Shown in pieces: positions 47,342 to 60,575 of a stretch of DNA of 64,000 bases (position 1 is its first letter; each line of letters begins with the position of its first letter). A model generated the notes under the pieces. The model was not told the DNA's origin. It saw nothing but the letters and a program-made list of their open reading frames with translations, and did not search any database. The stretch is taken from assembly GCA_944391405.1 (NCBI GenBank), contig CALXTN010000001.1:4503-68502 (forward strand), written 5' to 3'. This DNA is from an uncultured Alphaproteobacteria bacterium (GTDB lineage: Bacteria > Pseudomonadota > Alphaproteobacteria > RF32 > CAG-239). The position numbers and the translations under genes were made by a program.

Positions 47342-48202
47342 CTATAATGCTTTTGCGAATCTGCTTTTTATTTCCAACATCTGATAATTTTTGTGAGATA
47401 AGTAATTTTGACGATTGTAATATTGTGTATGCGCAAATAACACTTTCCCTTTTTCTTTATCAAAATCAATACCTACAAACCCTTTGGATATCATGTAATC
47501 TATCACTTCTAAACGTTCATAAGGAATAGATATTCTCGGCTTAAAACAAGATAAAACACTCTCTTTATCCATCGGTTTATGCAGCAAAGAAATTTTTCCG
47601 CCGTCAGAAGGATCTATCGCTGTTGAAAATAAATTAAATTTACATGCAAAATATGGGCCCATATTCCATCTATTTTTTCTGTCTACAATAGAGGTACAGT
47701 CTGTACACCCCAGCTTTTTTGCTTGTTCAATACGGTAATTTATCATTATGGTATTTAAAGAGTTTCCGCGATACATCGGCAAAACAGAATCCCCTCCCAT
47801 AGAGGCAATTTTATTCCTCCCTTTATTTCTGCGATCATCAAAGAAATCATACTCGCAATTAGGGAGCTCTTCTTGTAAATCTTTTTGATTTTCACAAAGT
47901 CGAATATATGACATTCCTACAAGTCTATCTCCAACAAAAACTCCTATATATTTAATTTGCGGATTATCAAAAACTTCATGAAAATATTCTTTATTATGTT
48001 TGTGAATAAAGCACTCTTCTCCATTTTTTAAATAATGATAAATGCTCTCAGAGAGCTTCCCCATTTGTTCAGCATCTTTTTTATTCAATGGACGAATATG
48101 AAAATTTACAGGCTTTTCTTGCTTTATATTGTTTACTTTATAAAGTTTACCTATCCATACGCACGTTCCATTTACTTCATATTTTTTTAACTCTGAAAAC
48201 AT
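47342..48202 (-). CDS. GNAT-family acyltransferase-like protein with C-terminal extension
   Basis: IRPLNKKDAEQM..., GVFVGDRLVGMSYI and VLPMYRGNSLNTIMINYRIEQAKKLG (GNAT motif A-like). Confidence 0.55.
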   Translation of the reverse strand: MFSELKKYEVNGTCVWIGKLYKVNNIKQEKPVNFHIRPLNKKDAEQMGKLSESIYHYLKNGEECFIHKHNKEYFHEVFDNPQIKYIGVFVGDRLVGMSYIRLCENQKDLQEELPNCEYDFFDDRRNKGRNKIASMGGDSVLPMYRGNSLNTIMINYRIEQAKKLGCTDCTSIVDRKNRWNMGPYFACKFNLFSTAIDPSDGGKISLLHKPMDKESVLSCFKPRISIPYERLEVIDYMISKGFVGIDFDKEKGKVLFAHTQYYNRQNYLSHKNYQMLEIKSRFAKAL

Positions 48203-48434
48203 TTCTTTTTTCCATAAAAAATGCGGGATTTACCCCGCCCTTGCTTTATTTGCTTAGTTTAAAACACAAAACTAACTTAACGGCGGGATATTATTTTCCT
48301 GACGTTTTATTTTCATTTGTTTTGTTATTATCAAGTATAGCATCTTGTGTTCCTCTAAACAACATTCTGGGGGTATTCTAATTGTTTTATAGAATTCTGT
48401 CAATAGATTTTCTATATTTATGTAGAATCGATAA

Positions 48435-51325
<2,891 letters not shown>

Positions 51326-53516
51326 AATCTATGCCCAGTTTAGACAAGATATCTTCGTTTTCATCGGTTCTTTGTGCAACAATCCAATCTGGTACCCATG
51401 GTGAATGTGGTAACTTGGACATTGCCAACATCTTTTTATCCAGATAAAAACGCGGAGCATCTGCCATAATTGGGGTATCAATCGCACCTTGCATCAGTAC
51501 TACTTGTTTCAACATTGGCAAACTCAATAAATCATTAGCGCTAATTGCTGAAACGCCTTGTAGCTGATAACTTACGTTTTTAGCAAATGGATTGTACTCT
51601 TTGGAGAGGCTTCCTTCTTGACGGCTATATGATGTGGTCTGAACTGTTTTATTACCAATCATTTTAGAGAAGCGTTGCGCTGTTTGCTCATTGTTTTGTG
51701 ACAAAATAACTTTGCAAGCTGTGGTTGAAATAACTGTTTCTAGATCATCTTTTCCGTATTTACCGGAAATTTGGCCTAAGTCTTGTCCAATCAGCAAATA
51801 TGACACTTTTTGACCGCGACCTACAGCCGGTCCATCAATAACAGCTTTTAATTTAGGCATCTGCGGAAACTCGTCGAGCACGAATAATGCTGGAAACGGT
51901 CCCATTTTACCATCAGTTGGGTGTACTGAGTTTGGCGGATTTGAAATTAAGTATGCGCTAATTAAGTCCACAAACGTTGCACTAATTGGGTTTAAGGCTT
52001 GGGCGTCTGTTTGGTTAACGGATAAGTATACTGAAATTGGCTTCCATTCCCCTGTTACAGGGTCTTTCATTCCACGCAAGTCTTTAAATTGCAAGTCTGA
52101 GAAACTTGTTCTGGCAACTACTGCCGAGTTCTTAAAAATACCAATACCCGTCAAACCTGTTGACATAACGGAGCCACGCTCTTTGTCTGGCATTGCACTC
52201 AATGCACTCAATTCTGTTACGCACCGACGAGAATAACCATAGTTATTAGCTTCTTCCACCGCTGCATCAAGCAAATCACGCATCGGGTCTGCCATGGCTG
52301 CCATTTGGTCACCTTCTTCCAAACGGCGTTTAATTTCGTTTGCTTGCTCGATTTGTGATGATGTAATCCATTCCAAAATCATTGCCATACATGGTTCATG
52401 ATTTACCCATTTATCCGGTAAAAGATTCCATGTTCCTATCGGCAAATAATTCTCTATGGTTAAATTATCATTTTGCAAGTCTTGTATCGCGCGTGCGGCA
52501 TTTGCTCTTAATCCACCGATGCTCATGTCATCGTAATATTGCATTAGTTCGGCTTTGTCTTCCGCGGTCATTGAGCCTTCATATATCTTTTGAATAAAGC
52601 GTTCATTTGCTAAAGCTCTTTCGCATTTCGACGATATAAAGTGAATAAATCCGCACAATGCACTACGACCTGTTTTAGACCAGTGTGGGTCTGCACCACC
52701 TTTTGGATCTTCCACTAGCGTATTACACATTGAGTCCACGTATAAGTCACGGTCTGGACCAGGTTTTGGTAAAGCACCAGGAGACAGAGGATTCCAGCTT
52801 GGATAGTATTCGCCTGTTGCAGGGTTGTCTTCTTTGCCCCAGTTAATTACAAATACCGGACCTACTTTGCTTCTAGCTCCTGTTGTTTGGTAACACAACT
52901 CGGGTTTTGGGTCGTTCACGATAATACTTAATCCTTCTGAATTAAAAATTGTCGGAATAACAACACCTGCTGTTTTACCGGTTCCCGGAGGTGCACAGCA
53001 TAAAGTTGACAATGTTTCTTTTAATTTCAGCATCTTACCTTGGAATTTTCCGACCACCATACAAAAGCCGTCAAATCCAAGCAATGGCATATTCTCAATA
53101 TCGCGCAACGTCGCAATGTGCGCAGAACCATGAATGTTTGATTGGAATTTATATGGGCACTTTATTCCGCCAACTAATAAAATTATAGGAAAGGATAAAA
53201 ACGGCAAAATTGGTGGCCACAAGCTTATTTTAAATTCACCGCTGTATCTGTATATCTTTTTAAACCACTTCATATACCAATCCCACAAAAATCCAAAATC
53301 TCCAAGGGATCTTTTTAAAAAAGCACCACCCACCTCTACACTTTTTTTAGATATTCCATTTTGCATTAAAAACGCAAATATTGGTGATAGATATAAAAAG
53401 AATATAGTTACGCCTACTGATATGGCAAAGGTTATTGTCATCCAGCGTACCGCGTTATCATATTCTTCCCATTCTTTTCCTCTTTCTTTTGCCATTTGCA
53501 CCTCTAATAAACAAAA

Positions 53517-54827
53517 TTAAGCCAAACTACGTATAAGTTTTTTAAGTTTTTCCAATGTGTTTTTATCTGTCTTTTCTTCACAATTATCTATTGACTTGGA
53601 GAATAGGCGTATTTCTTTCGGACTACCTCTATTGATACGTGTTACATTTATGTTCATATTACTCCATATCTCAAACATATCCTCAGCATTGATGATATTC
53701 CCTGATTGAATAATAACATAGGAAACAATTTCAAAATTCATATCGCCAACAGCTAGTTTTGTCTTCAAGATATCCCTTGCTATATCGACTTTTCTTACCG
53801 GAGAAATTCGATGACTGCTTTCTGAGAACCATAGTGGCTCTTCATCATTGAATTTTTCTTCATCAGCTAACCAGTCTCCCATTTCTTTATCTACTAAACA
53901 CAGCATAAGCTGATTTTTGGATACAGCGACATAATCTATTGTTGTATTTTTGATTATTGCTGATGAAATTACATCATACCCTTTTTGGTTTAGAACATCT
54001 AATACCGGTGTATGAGATTCTTTTATTTGAGTCGGTGTTTGATTATCTTGTTGTTTGCTCTTTTGTTGATTATCTTTCTTATTATTTGTGCTTTGTCCCT
54101 TATCTTGATGTTGTGGCTTTACTGCAACTTCTGGTTCTATATCTTTAATTATTTCTGTTTCTATTATTTCAGGTTTATCTACAACTAAAGCTGATGGAAT
54201 ACTATCATCTATATCTGATTTCTTTTCTTTTTTCTCGAAATCAAAATCTAAATCAAAATCATCATCATCAAAGTTAAATAATGCATGATTTGTAGGAACT
54301 TCTGCGGCGTCTTTTTTACCCGGAGTGTATCCTGATGATGCTCGAGATCCCATTGAACTTAAATTATTATTTATATTTGATTGTAATAAAGTTGCTGAAG
54401 GAAGTGGAGGACGTTTCATTGGAGCTTTCTTAATAATCGGCGTCTTTTTTATAACTTTGGGCTCTTCTGTTATGGATTTTTTCTTTACAACAACCGGTGC
54501 TTTTGTCTTTAGAGTAATTTTTCTATATGCGTATAAAGGACTTAAGGCAACTTTTTTTACAAAACTTTCCCATTTTACAAGACACAAACCAACCCACCCT
54601 GCTAACCATAGCGGAATGGAACTTACAATAATTATAAAAAAACCTATTTCAGAATTACTTATTGGTGCACCACTATTCCATTTATATCCTAATAAATGCC
54701 AATGTTCTGATAACAAAATATCAAAATGCCAATTGATTAATAGTAAAACTCGGATACCATCTATGAATATAATACTCCATAGATAGCCAACCAATAATGT
54801 TTTTAATATTATTATTAAAGGTTTCAA
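53517..54827 (-). CDS. Hypothetical membrane protein: N-terminal 2-TM 'W-x-FDIL' module, Lys/Pro/Asp-rich linker, C-terminal NERD-like domain
   Basis: TTG start with a GGAG SD 6 nt upstream. The N-terminus is paralogous to the 163-aa neighbour. The C-terminal pattern IDYVAVSKNQLMLCLVDKEMGDW...LWF...ISPVRK resembles NERD. Confidence 0.6.
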   Translation of the reverse strand: MKPLIIILKTLLVGYLWSIIFIDGIRVLLLINWHFDILLSEHWHLLGYKWNSGAPISNSEIGFFIIIVSSIPLWLAGWVGLCLVKWESFVKKVALSPLYAYRKITLKTKAPVVVKKKSITEEPKVIKKTPIIKKAPMKRPPLPSATLLQSNINNNLSSMGSRASSGYTPGKKDAAEVPTNHALFNFDDDDFDLDFDFEKKEKKSDIDDSIPSALVVDKPEIIETEIIKDIEPEVAVKPQHQDKGQSTNNKKDNQQKSKQQDNQTPTQIKESHTPVLDVLNQKGYDVISSAIIKNTTIDYVAVSKNQLMLCLVDKEMGDWLADEEKFNDEEPLWFSESSHRISPVRKVDIARDILKTKLAVGDMNFEIVSYVIIQSGNIINAEDMFEIWSNMNINVTRINRGSPKEIRLFSKSIDNCEEKTDKNTLEKLKKLIRSLA

Positions 54828-54879
54828 GTTTTTCTCCGGTTTTATTCCTTATATTATTTTAGCATTAGTTAACAACTAA

Positions 54880-55371
54880 TTATTGTTTTTCATTTTCTTC
54901 AATTTTTACTGCAATTTGTTTTCTTATATCTAGTGTTTCATGTGTACGACTAATATTTTTTTCATCTTTTGCCATTTTTTCTTTTATGATTTCATCTAGG
55001 CTCTTATCTTTTTCTCCTAAGTTTTTAATTGATACATGTTCAATTTCCATAGTCTTAGGACGAGTTAATCGCCTGTATAACACTAAAAAAGGTTTTCCTA
55101 AAAATTTCCCTAGTCCATATTTATATAATTTACTACTCAAAATGAGCCATACTATTGGTAATGCTATTAAACTAAATCCTAAGCTACAATCTCGAAAGGT
55201 ATTGAAAACACCTCCTTTTTCCCAATATTCGTACATTATTTGGTATGATTTAGCATTTAAAATATCAAATTTCCATAATGCTTTAAAAAGAAACTGACAG
55301 ATGTAAATCAACACAACAAAAACTATAACACAGCTAGATAAAAATCTTATCATTTTACCTATCTTTTTCAT
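54880..55371 (-). CDS. Hypothetical membrane protein with 2-TM 'W-x-FDIL' module
   Basis: AAGGAG SD. LWKFDILNAKSYQIMYEYWEKGG followed by a TM segment, paralogous to the N-terminus of the 436-aa protein. Confidence 0.6.
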   Translation of the reverse strand: MKKIGKMIRFLSSCVIVFVVLIYICQFLFKALWKFDILNAKSYQIMYEYWEKGGVFNTFRDCSLGFSLIALPIVWLILSSKLYKYGLGKFLGKPFLVLYRRLTRPKTMEIEHVSIKNLGEKDKSLDEIIKEKMAKDEKNISRTHETLDIRKQIAVKIEENEKQ

Positions 55372-55381
55372 TTTTCTCTCC

Positions 55382-56989
55382 TTAACGCCCTAATCTATAT
55401 TCTCTTATAGCCTTAGAAAATTGCTTTTCAGTTAACGTAAATTCATCTTTTTGCGTAGCTGGAGCTCTTTCTGAAATTTTTGTACCTTCAAGCATATAGT
55501 CCTCTATTGTTTTACTTATTTGCGCAACTGCTTCTTTAGCCTTTTTATGTTTGCTTCTGTCATTAATATTTTTAGTAATTATTGTATCGGTTTCTTTTTT
55601 TGCATTTTTGCCTGCATTATTTACTGACGTTAAGTAGTTTTTTATATTTTCTTGAATTTTTTCAGGATTATCTGCATATACTTCATGTATTTTATCAATA
55701 TTTTCCATTATTTTTTTGTAATGTTGCTGGCTGCGCTTTTGAATATGCGTTTTGATTATTTCTTCATTTTCTACGGCATCTTTGCTAATTGTTTTAATTT
55801 CTTTTATTTTTCTAGATACATCTTTTGTGATTGCTGATGCTTTTGTACCACTGTTTGTTATTTGACTGATTTCTTCCAATTTTTTATTAATTTCTGTACA
55901 GGCTTTTTCTTCGCCACCAACTTCTTCTTGCAGAGAACTTACATATGCCGAAACAATTGTTTTAAGTTGCTCAACATTCGTATTTTTTTCTTTTAATTTG
56001 CTTTCTAATTCTTCCAATTTATTTGAAAACTCTGGTGATATTGTATCTTTTTCTCCACGTATAACTTCTTCTATCGTTGCTAAACGCGTTGCAAGCGTAA
56101 ATATTTTTTCTTCCTTAGAAAAACGCCCTTCTATTACCTCTTTATTTACACCTAATCCATACTTCTGCATAAATTCAGCTTCTGGAGATGATGGATCTTC
56201 ATCTGCTTTTTCTTGAATTTGACAGAGCTTTTTATAGAAATTAGGCTCTCTTTCCCACAATACCCATGAAGGAGCTATGCCATCTCTTTTTTTGGCAATA
56301 TTCTCATTAAGCTCTATTAGTTTAGCCTTTTCTTTTGAAAATCTCTCAGCCCTTTCTTTATAGAATTCATCGCCTACCATATAAATATTTTTCTTGGCTT
56401 TTTCTTCTTTCTCATCAACCTTTCCTCCTGATTTATAAGGTGCAAATAATACCCATTCGGCAAAATCTAAGGTATTATCAACGATGGCGTCTATTCCCCA
56501 TGCATAAAAAGCCATTATGCAATCGTTCCAAAAGACTTCCATAATGTTATCACCGCCGGATTTTCCTTTGGTTCCACCTCTATCTCTTTTGGGAGGAGTT
56601 ATTGAACCTTTTGAAACGACGTTCTTTTCTGTTTTATCTTTTGGAGCTTTTACATCAAATCCTTCAACGGGTACCTCATCATATGCTCTTGATACGCCGT
56701 CAGGTATTCTTTCAGGTTCTCTAGGTTGAGAAGGCGGTTCTTGTTGTTCATCTTGCAAAGTATTGACATTATTAGCTGTATTTGTATCTGTATCGTTAAT
56801 ATCTTCTGTTGATGTTTGAGTTTCTGCTGGAGATGAAATATCTGCATCAGTATTTGAAGATGAAACGGTACTATCCTCATTGGTTAAAGAAGAATCCACA
56901 CGAAGATTTTCTTGAGTTTTTCTCTCTATTTCTTCCAAATCTTTTTTAATTCTTGCGCTTAAATCATCACTTTGAGAATTAGTTACCAT
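55382..56989 (-). CDS. Hypothetical 535-aa protein: acidic Ser/Thr/Asp-rich N-terminus, short hydrophobic core, long Lys/Glu coiled-coil-like C-terminus
   Basis: GAGGAG SD. Long uninterrupted ORF. No family recognised. Confidence 0.6.
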   Translation of the reverse strand: MVTNSQSDDLSARIKKDLEEIERKTQENLRVDSSLTNEDSTVSSSNTDADISSPAETQTSTEDINDTDTNTANNVNTLQDEQQEPPSQPREPERIPDGVSRAYDEVPVEGFDVKAPKDKTEKNVVSKGSITPPKRDRGGTKGKSGGDNIMEVFWNDCIMAFYAWGIDAIVDNTLDFAEWVLFAPYKSGGKVDEKEEKAKKNIYMVGDEFYKERAERFSKEKAKLIELNENIAKKRDGIAPSWVLWEREPNFYKKLCQIQEKADEDPSSPEAEFMQKYGLGVNKEVIEGRFSKEEKIFTLATRLATIEEVIRGEKDTISPEFSNKLEELESKLKEKNTNVEQLKTIVSAYVSSLQEEVGGEEKACTEINKKLEEISQITNSGTKASAITKDVSRKIKEIKTISKDAVENEEIIKTHIQKRSQQHYKKIMENIDKIHEVYADNPEKIQENIKNYLTSVNNAGKNAKKETDTIITKNINDRSKHKKAKEAVAQISKTIEDYMLEGTKISERAPATQKDEFTLTEKQFSKAIREYRLGR

Positions 56990-57069
56990 TGTTTTCTCCT
57001 CTTTTTAAAATTTTGTTTATGGTAACATAAAAACAACTGCTTGTCTACTTTAAACACCTAAAAAATTTC

Positions 57070-58137
57070 TTAAACTTTTAATTTTTTAATAAATTCACCA
57101 ATTTTTTGATTTGCTTTTATACCATCTTCAGGTGTAACTTTTATTAAACCGAAAAATTTCGGATGAATTTTATCAAATTCGATAGGCGAAAACATTGCTG
57201 GATTCTTAGTTAGAGCCTTATACGCACCATCTGCATCTTTTTGCGCTGCCTTAAAGTAATTTCCTATTAATTTTTCTGCATTTATTGGAAAATTCTTTTC
57301 TTTTAATTTTTGGATAAATAAAGATCTTCTTTCTTGCAGCTCCATATATTCGTCATAGAGTTCTTTTTTTATTCTATTTTTTTGGATAATTTCTCGTTTT
57401 TGTTCATAGCTAACTTCACATATTTCCATATTTATCAAAATCTCAACATATGAAATTATAGCTAATTGCATATCTGTATCTGTCAAACTTTCTGCAAAAT
57501 TAAGAAACTCCTCATCTCCTGCATCCTTTGATAGCCTTTTCATATTTTCTGGATCGTATTTATTAATTATATCCCAACAATCTAATAAGTATTTTGCTAT
57601 CTTTTTGCCAACACTTGGCTTATAGTTTGGATATAGCATATTTTCTGTATACTCTGTTTCTGGAGCCTTTAAATTCTTTTTTTCTGCTAAAGAAATTACT
57701 CCATCACGAAAATTTGTAACAGCTCGTGCTAACTCCCGCTCTTCATCCTTTAAGTTTATTTTATCTTCAAACTCATTTTGTTTTTTTTCTACAGATGTTG
57801 TTTGTATATTTGCCAACTCAGATAAATTGTTAATCACTTCTATTTGATTCGAAGATGTTAATTGGTTATTTGATTGTAATATTTGTGGTTCTGAAGAAAC
57901 TAAATTTTCTTTTGCTTGTTCTGATGATGTAATAAAACTCTCTAGCCCTCCTTCTGGTTGTGATAAAAATCCATCCAGTGTTTCTTCTTGAGGTTCACCC
58001 CCTTCTTTTCTATCTTGATTTATAAAATCATTTAATAATTTAGCAAATTCATCTTCAATTTTTGTGTTTGTTGTTTCTTCTTTTTTTTCTGTGTTTTGTG
58101 TTAAAAAATCATCTAATGACTCTATATTATTGTTCAT
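57070..58137 (-). CDS. Hypothetical 355-aa acidic protein with repeated L-[DE]-x-F-[LI]-[TS] motifs
   Basis: GGGGTG SD. N-terminal motifs SLDDFLTQ, LLNDFINQ, TLDGFLSQ and GLESFITS. No family recognised. Confidence 0.6.
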   Translation of the reverse strand: MNNNIESLDDFLTQNTEKKEETTNTKIEDEFAKLLNDFINQDRKEGGEPQEETLDGFLSQPEGGLESFITSSEQAKENLVSSEPQILQSNNQLTSSNQIEVINNLSELANIQTTSVEKKQNEFEDKINLKDEERELARAVTNFRDGVISLAEKKNLKAPETEYTENMLYPNYKPSVGKKIAKYLLDCWDIINKYDPENMKRLSKDAGDEEFLNFAESLTDTDMQLAIISYVEILINMEICEVSYEQKREIIQKNRIKKELYDEYMELQERRSLFIQKLKEKNFPINAEKLIGNYFKAAQKDADGAYKALTKNPAMFSPIEFDKIHPKFFGLIKVTPEDGIKANQKIGEFIKKLKV

Positions 58138-58441
58138 TTTTCACCCCTTTGTCTCCTTTAATTAAGCGAATAGTTATTACTTCTTTTGCTTGTTTTTCAT
58201 CAATTATTTTTATTTTATCAATTCTTGGTGTCGTCGTCAAAATATAAATTTTTTCATCATTTACTAAAAATTGTTTGATTTTTTCTTTTTTTTCTAAATA
58301 AACATTTACTTCTTTTTGAAGGGGCTGCCCAGAATTGCTTGTAGTTTTGGTAAGTATTTTTGCAATTATTAAATATGTACATAAAATGATACTTATACTT
58401 AATAGCATTACAATACTTTTTAGTACATTTTGTTTTGTCAT
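58127..58441 (-). CDS. Hypothetical small membrane-anchored protein (104 aa), first gene of the T4CP operon
   Basis: AAGGA SD and a single N-terminal TM segment (IVMLLSISIILCTYLIIAKIL). It overlaps the next gene by 11 nt. Confidence 0.55.
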   Translation of the reverse strand: MTKQNVLKSIVMLLSISIILCTYLIIAKILTKTTSNSGQPLQKEVNVYLEKKEKIKQFLVNDEKIYILTTTPRIDKIKIIDEKQAKEVITIRLIKGDKGVKNEQ

Positions 58442-58519
58442 ATTATATCCTTGATTTTATCCTCTTTTATGGTTTATCTTATAATGGAATTTGTGAATAT
58501 ATATTTAACGTGATTTCCT

Positions 58520-59509
58520 ATGTGTAATGAAAATAATAAAGTTTTTTATACCTCTCTCGTAGACGAAACTCAGAAATCTTTACGTCTTGATAAATTTATT
58601 GCTACTCAATTTGCAGATTTTTCTAGAGCTCAGGTGCAGAGATTAATTGAAAATGGATGTGTTTTTGTTGATGATGAAGCAGTTGTCGATAAAAATTACA
58701 AAACACGATTAGGAGATGTTTATCAAATTATTCTTCCGGAACCACAAGAAGCCGCACCTATACCTGAAAATATTCCTTTGGATATTCTTTTTGAAGATGA
58801 CGATTTAATTGTGGTAAATAAACCCGCTGGTATGACTGTACATCCTGCTGCAGGTGTATGTTCTGGCACTCTTGTTAATGCTCTTCTCTATCATTGCAGA
58901 AATTCTTTATCTGGAATCGGTGGTGTTGCAAGGCCAGGTATTGTTCATCGAATCGACAGAAATACGAGTGGAATTCTTGTTGTTGCTAAAAATGACATAA
59001 CTCATCGTGGATTAGCGGAACAGTTTTATAATCATTCTATTGAACGAACTTATTATGCTGTTGTTTATGGCGTCCCTTCCCCTCGTTCTGGAACAATTGT
59101 CGGTAATATTTCTAGGAGTCCTTATGATAGAAAGAAAATGGCTATTGTTCAAACTGGAGGAAAAAGTGCAATCACGCATTATCAAACTGTTGAAGCATAT
59201 ATTAACAATACGGCTTCTCTTGTTAAATGCAACTTGGAAACTGGGCGAACGCATCAAATTAGAGTACATTTATCTTCTATTGGTTGTAATCTTGTCGGAG
59301 ATAACGTTTATGAAAAATCCAAAAAAACAACAATAAAACTTCCTCAACATATAAAAAATTATATCAATAATTTTCCAAGACAGGCTCTTCATGCTTTTTC
59401 TTTAGGATTTATTCATCCAAAAACAAAAAATTTTTTGTCCTTTCACTCAGATTTTCCAGAAGATATGAAAAATTTAATTCAAGAATTAAAAAATATTTCC
59501 AATATATAG
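58520..59509 (+). CDS. rluD: 23S rRNA pseudouridine synthase, RluA family (RluD-like)
   Basis: S4 domain (LRLDKFIA...SRAQVQRLI) and catalytic motif GIVHRIDRNTSGILVVAK...GRTHQIRVHL. Confidence 0.9.
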   Translation: MCNENNKVFYTSLVDETQKSLRLDKFIATQFADFSRAQVQRLIENGCVFVDDEAVVDKNYKTRLGDVYQIILPEPQEAAPIPENIPLDILFEDDDLIVVNKPAGMTVHPAAGVCSGTLVNALLYHCRNSLSGIGGVARPGIVHRIDRNTSGILVVAKNDITHRGLAEQFYNHSIERTYYAVVYGVPSPRSGTIVGNISRSPYDRKKMAIVQTGGKSAITHYQTVEAYINNTASLVKCNLETGRTHQIRVHLSSIGCNLVGDNVYEKSKKTTIKLPQHIKNYINNFPRQALHAFSLGFIHPKTKNFLSFHSDFPEDMKNLIQELKNISNI

Positions 59510-59634
59510 TTTTTAGTTTTGTATCTCCTTGTTTTTGTTAATATTTTATTAAGTAAAAATAGAACTATTGTCTAGGTTGTGGAAAAAAAATTAGGACTAT
59601 ATTCTCTCTTGAGTCAACTTTTAGGAGAAGAAAT

Positions 59635-60510
59635 ATGAAAGAACAACTTACTCTAAATGGACTTGACTTTTCACCTGAAGAAAACTTATCTCGCTATTTA
59701 CAGGCAATAAAAAAATTTCCTATTCTTACCTCTGATGAGGAATATAGTTTAGCTTTACAGTATCAAAAAACTAAAGATGCTAATATTGCCTATAAACTAA
59801 TTACATCTCACTTGCGATTAGTTGTTAAAGTTGTTGCAAAATATAAAGGGTACGGCCTTCCTATCGGAGAGATGATTTCTGAGGGTAATATTGGATTAAT
59901 GTATGCTATTGAAAGATTTGCTCCCGAAAAAGGTTTTCGTTTTTCTACTTATTCCCTTTGGTGGATTAAAGCTTCTGTTCAAAAATATATTCTTAATTCT
60001 TGGTCTTTAGTTAAACTTGGTACTACTGCGGCTCAAAAAAAATTGTTTTTTAATTTACGCAAAATCAAAAATCGCTTAAATTTAATTGATGATCGAGAAC
60101 TTTCTCAACATGTTTTAAATGATATTGCTCGTTCTCTTGATGTTAGCGTTCAAGATGTTACTGATATGAATATGCGATTGAAATCTCATGATGGTTCTCT
60201 TAATTCTGTAATTGATGGCGATTCTGATGGAACAACTGAATGGATGGATTTTATTTCTGATTCAAAGCCAAATCAGGAAGAAGTTCTTGCTCACACAGAA
60301 ATTGCAAAATATAGAAAACAAATGTTTAATCAAGCATTATACGTCTTAAACAAAAGAGAAAAAGACATTCTCTTTAAACGTCGCTTATACGAAAAAACAA
60401 TAACTTTAGATGATTTAAGTAAAACTTATAATATCTCTAAAGAACGTGTTCGACAGATAGAATTAAATTCCATAAAAAAAATTACTAAGGCTATTGAATT
60501 AATGCAATAA
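59635..60510 (+). CDS. rpoH: RNA polymerase sigma-32 factor RpoH
   Basis: SHLRLVVKVVAKYKGYGLPIGEMISEGNIGLM and the RpoH box WWIKASVQKYILNSWSLVKLGTTAAQKKLFFNLRK. Confidence 0.93.
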   Translation: MKEQLTLNGLDFSPEENLSRYLQAIKKFPILTSDEEYSLALQYQKTKDANIAYKLITSHLRLVVKVVAKYKGYGLPIGEMISEGNIGLMYAIERFAPEKGFRFSTYSLWWIKASVQKYILNSWSLVKLGTTAAQKKLFFNLRKIKNRLNLIDDRELSQHVLNDIARSLDVSVQDVTDMNMRLKSHDGSLNSVIDGDSDGTTEWMDFISDSKPNQEEVLAHTEIAKYRKQMFNQALYVLNKREKDILFKRRLYEKTITLDDLSKTYNISKERVRQIELNSIKKITKAIELMQ

Positions 60511-60575
60511 CCTTGAAACTTTGCCTTTGCTTATTATCTATTTTATAAATTATAGCAGATTTTAAGGATTGGCAG

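Noticed and set aside
46513-47529. ORFs 46513..46725 (+) and 47245..47529 (+), which span gene ends and intergenic AT-rich DNA.
   Set aside because: They cross terminators or the T18 tract, or the infC start region. They have no SD and extremely hydrophobic, low-complexity products. Both are spurious.
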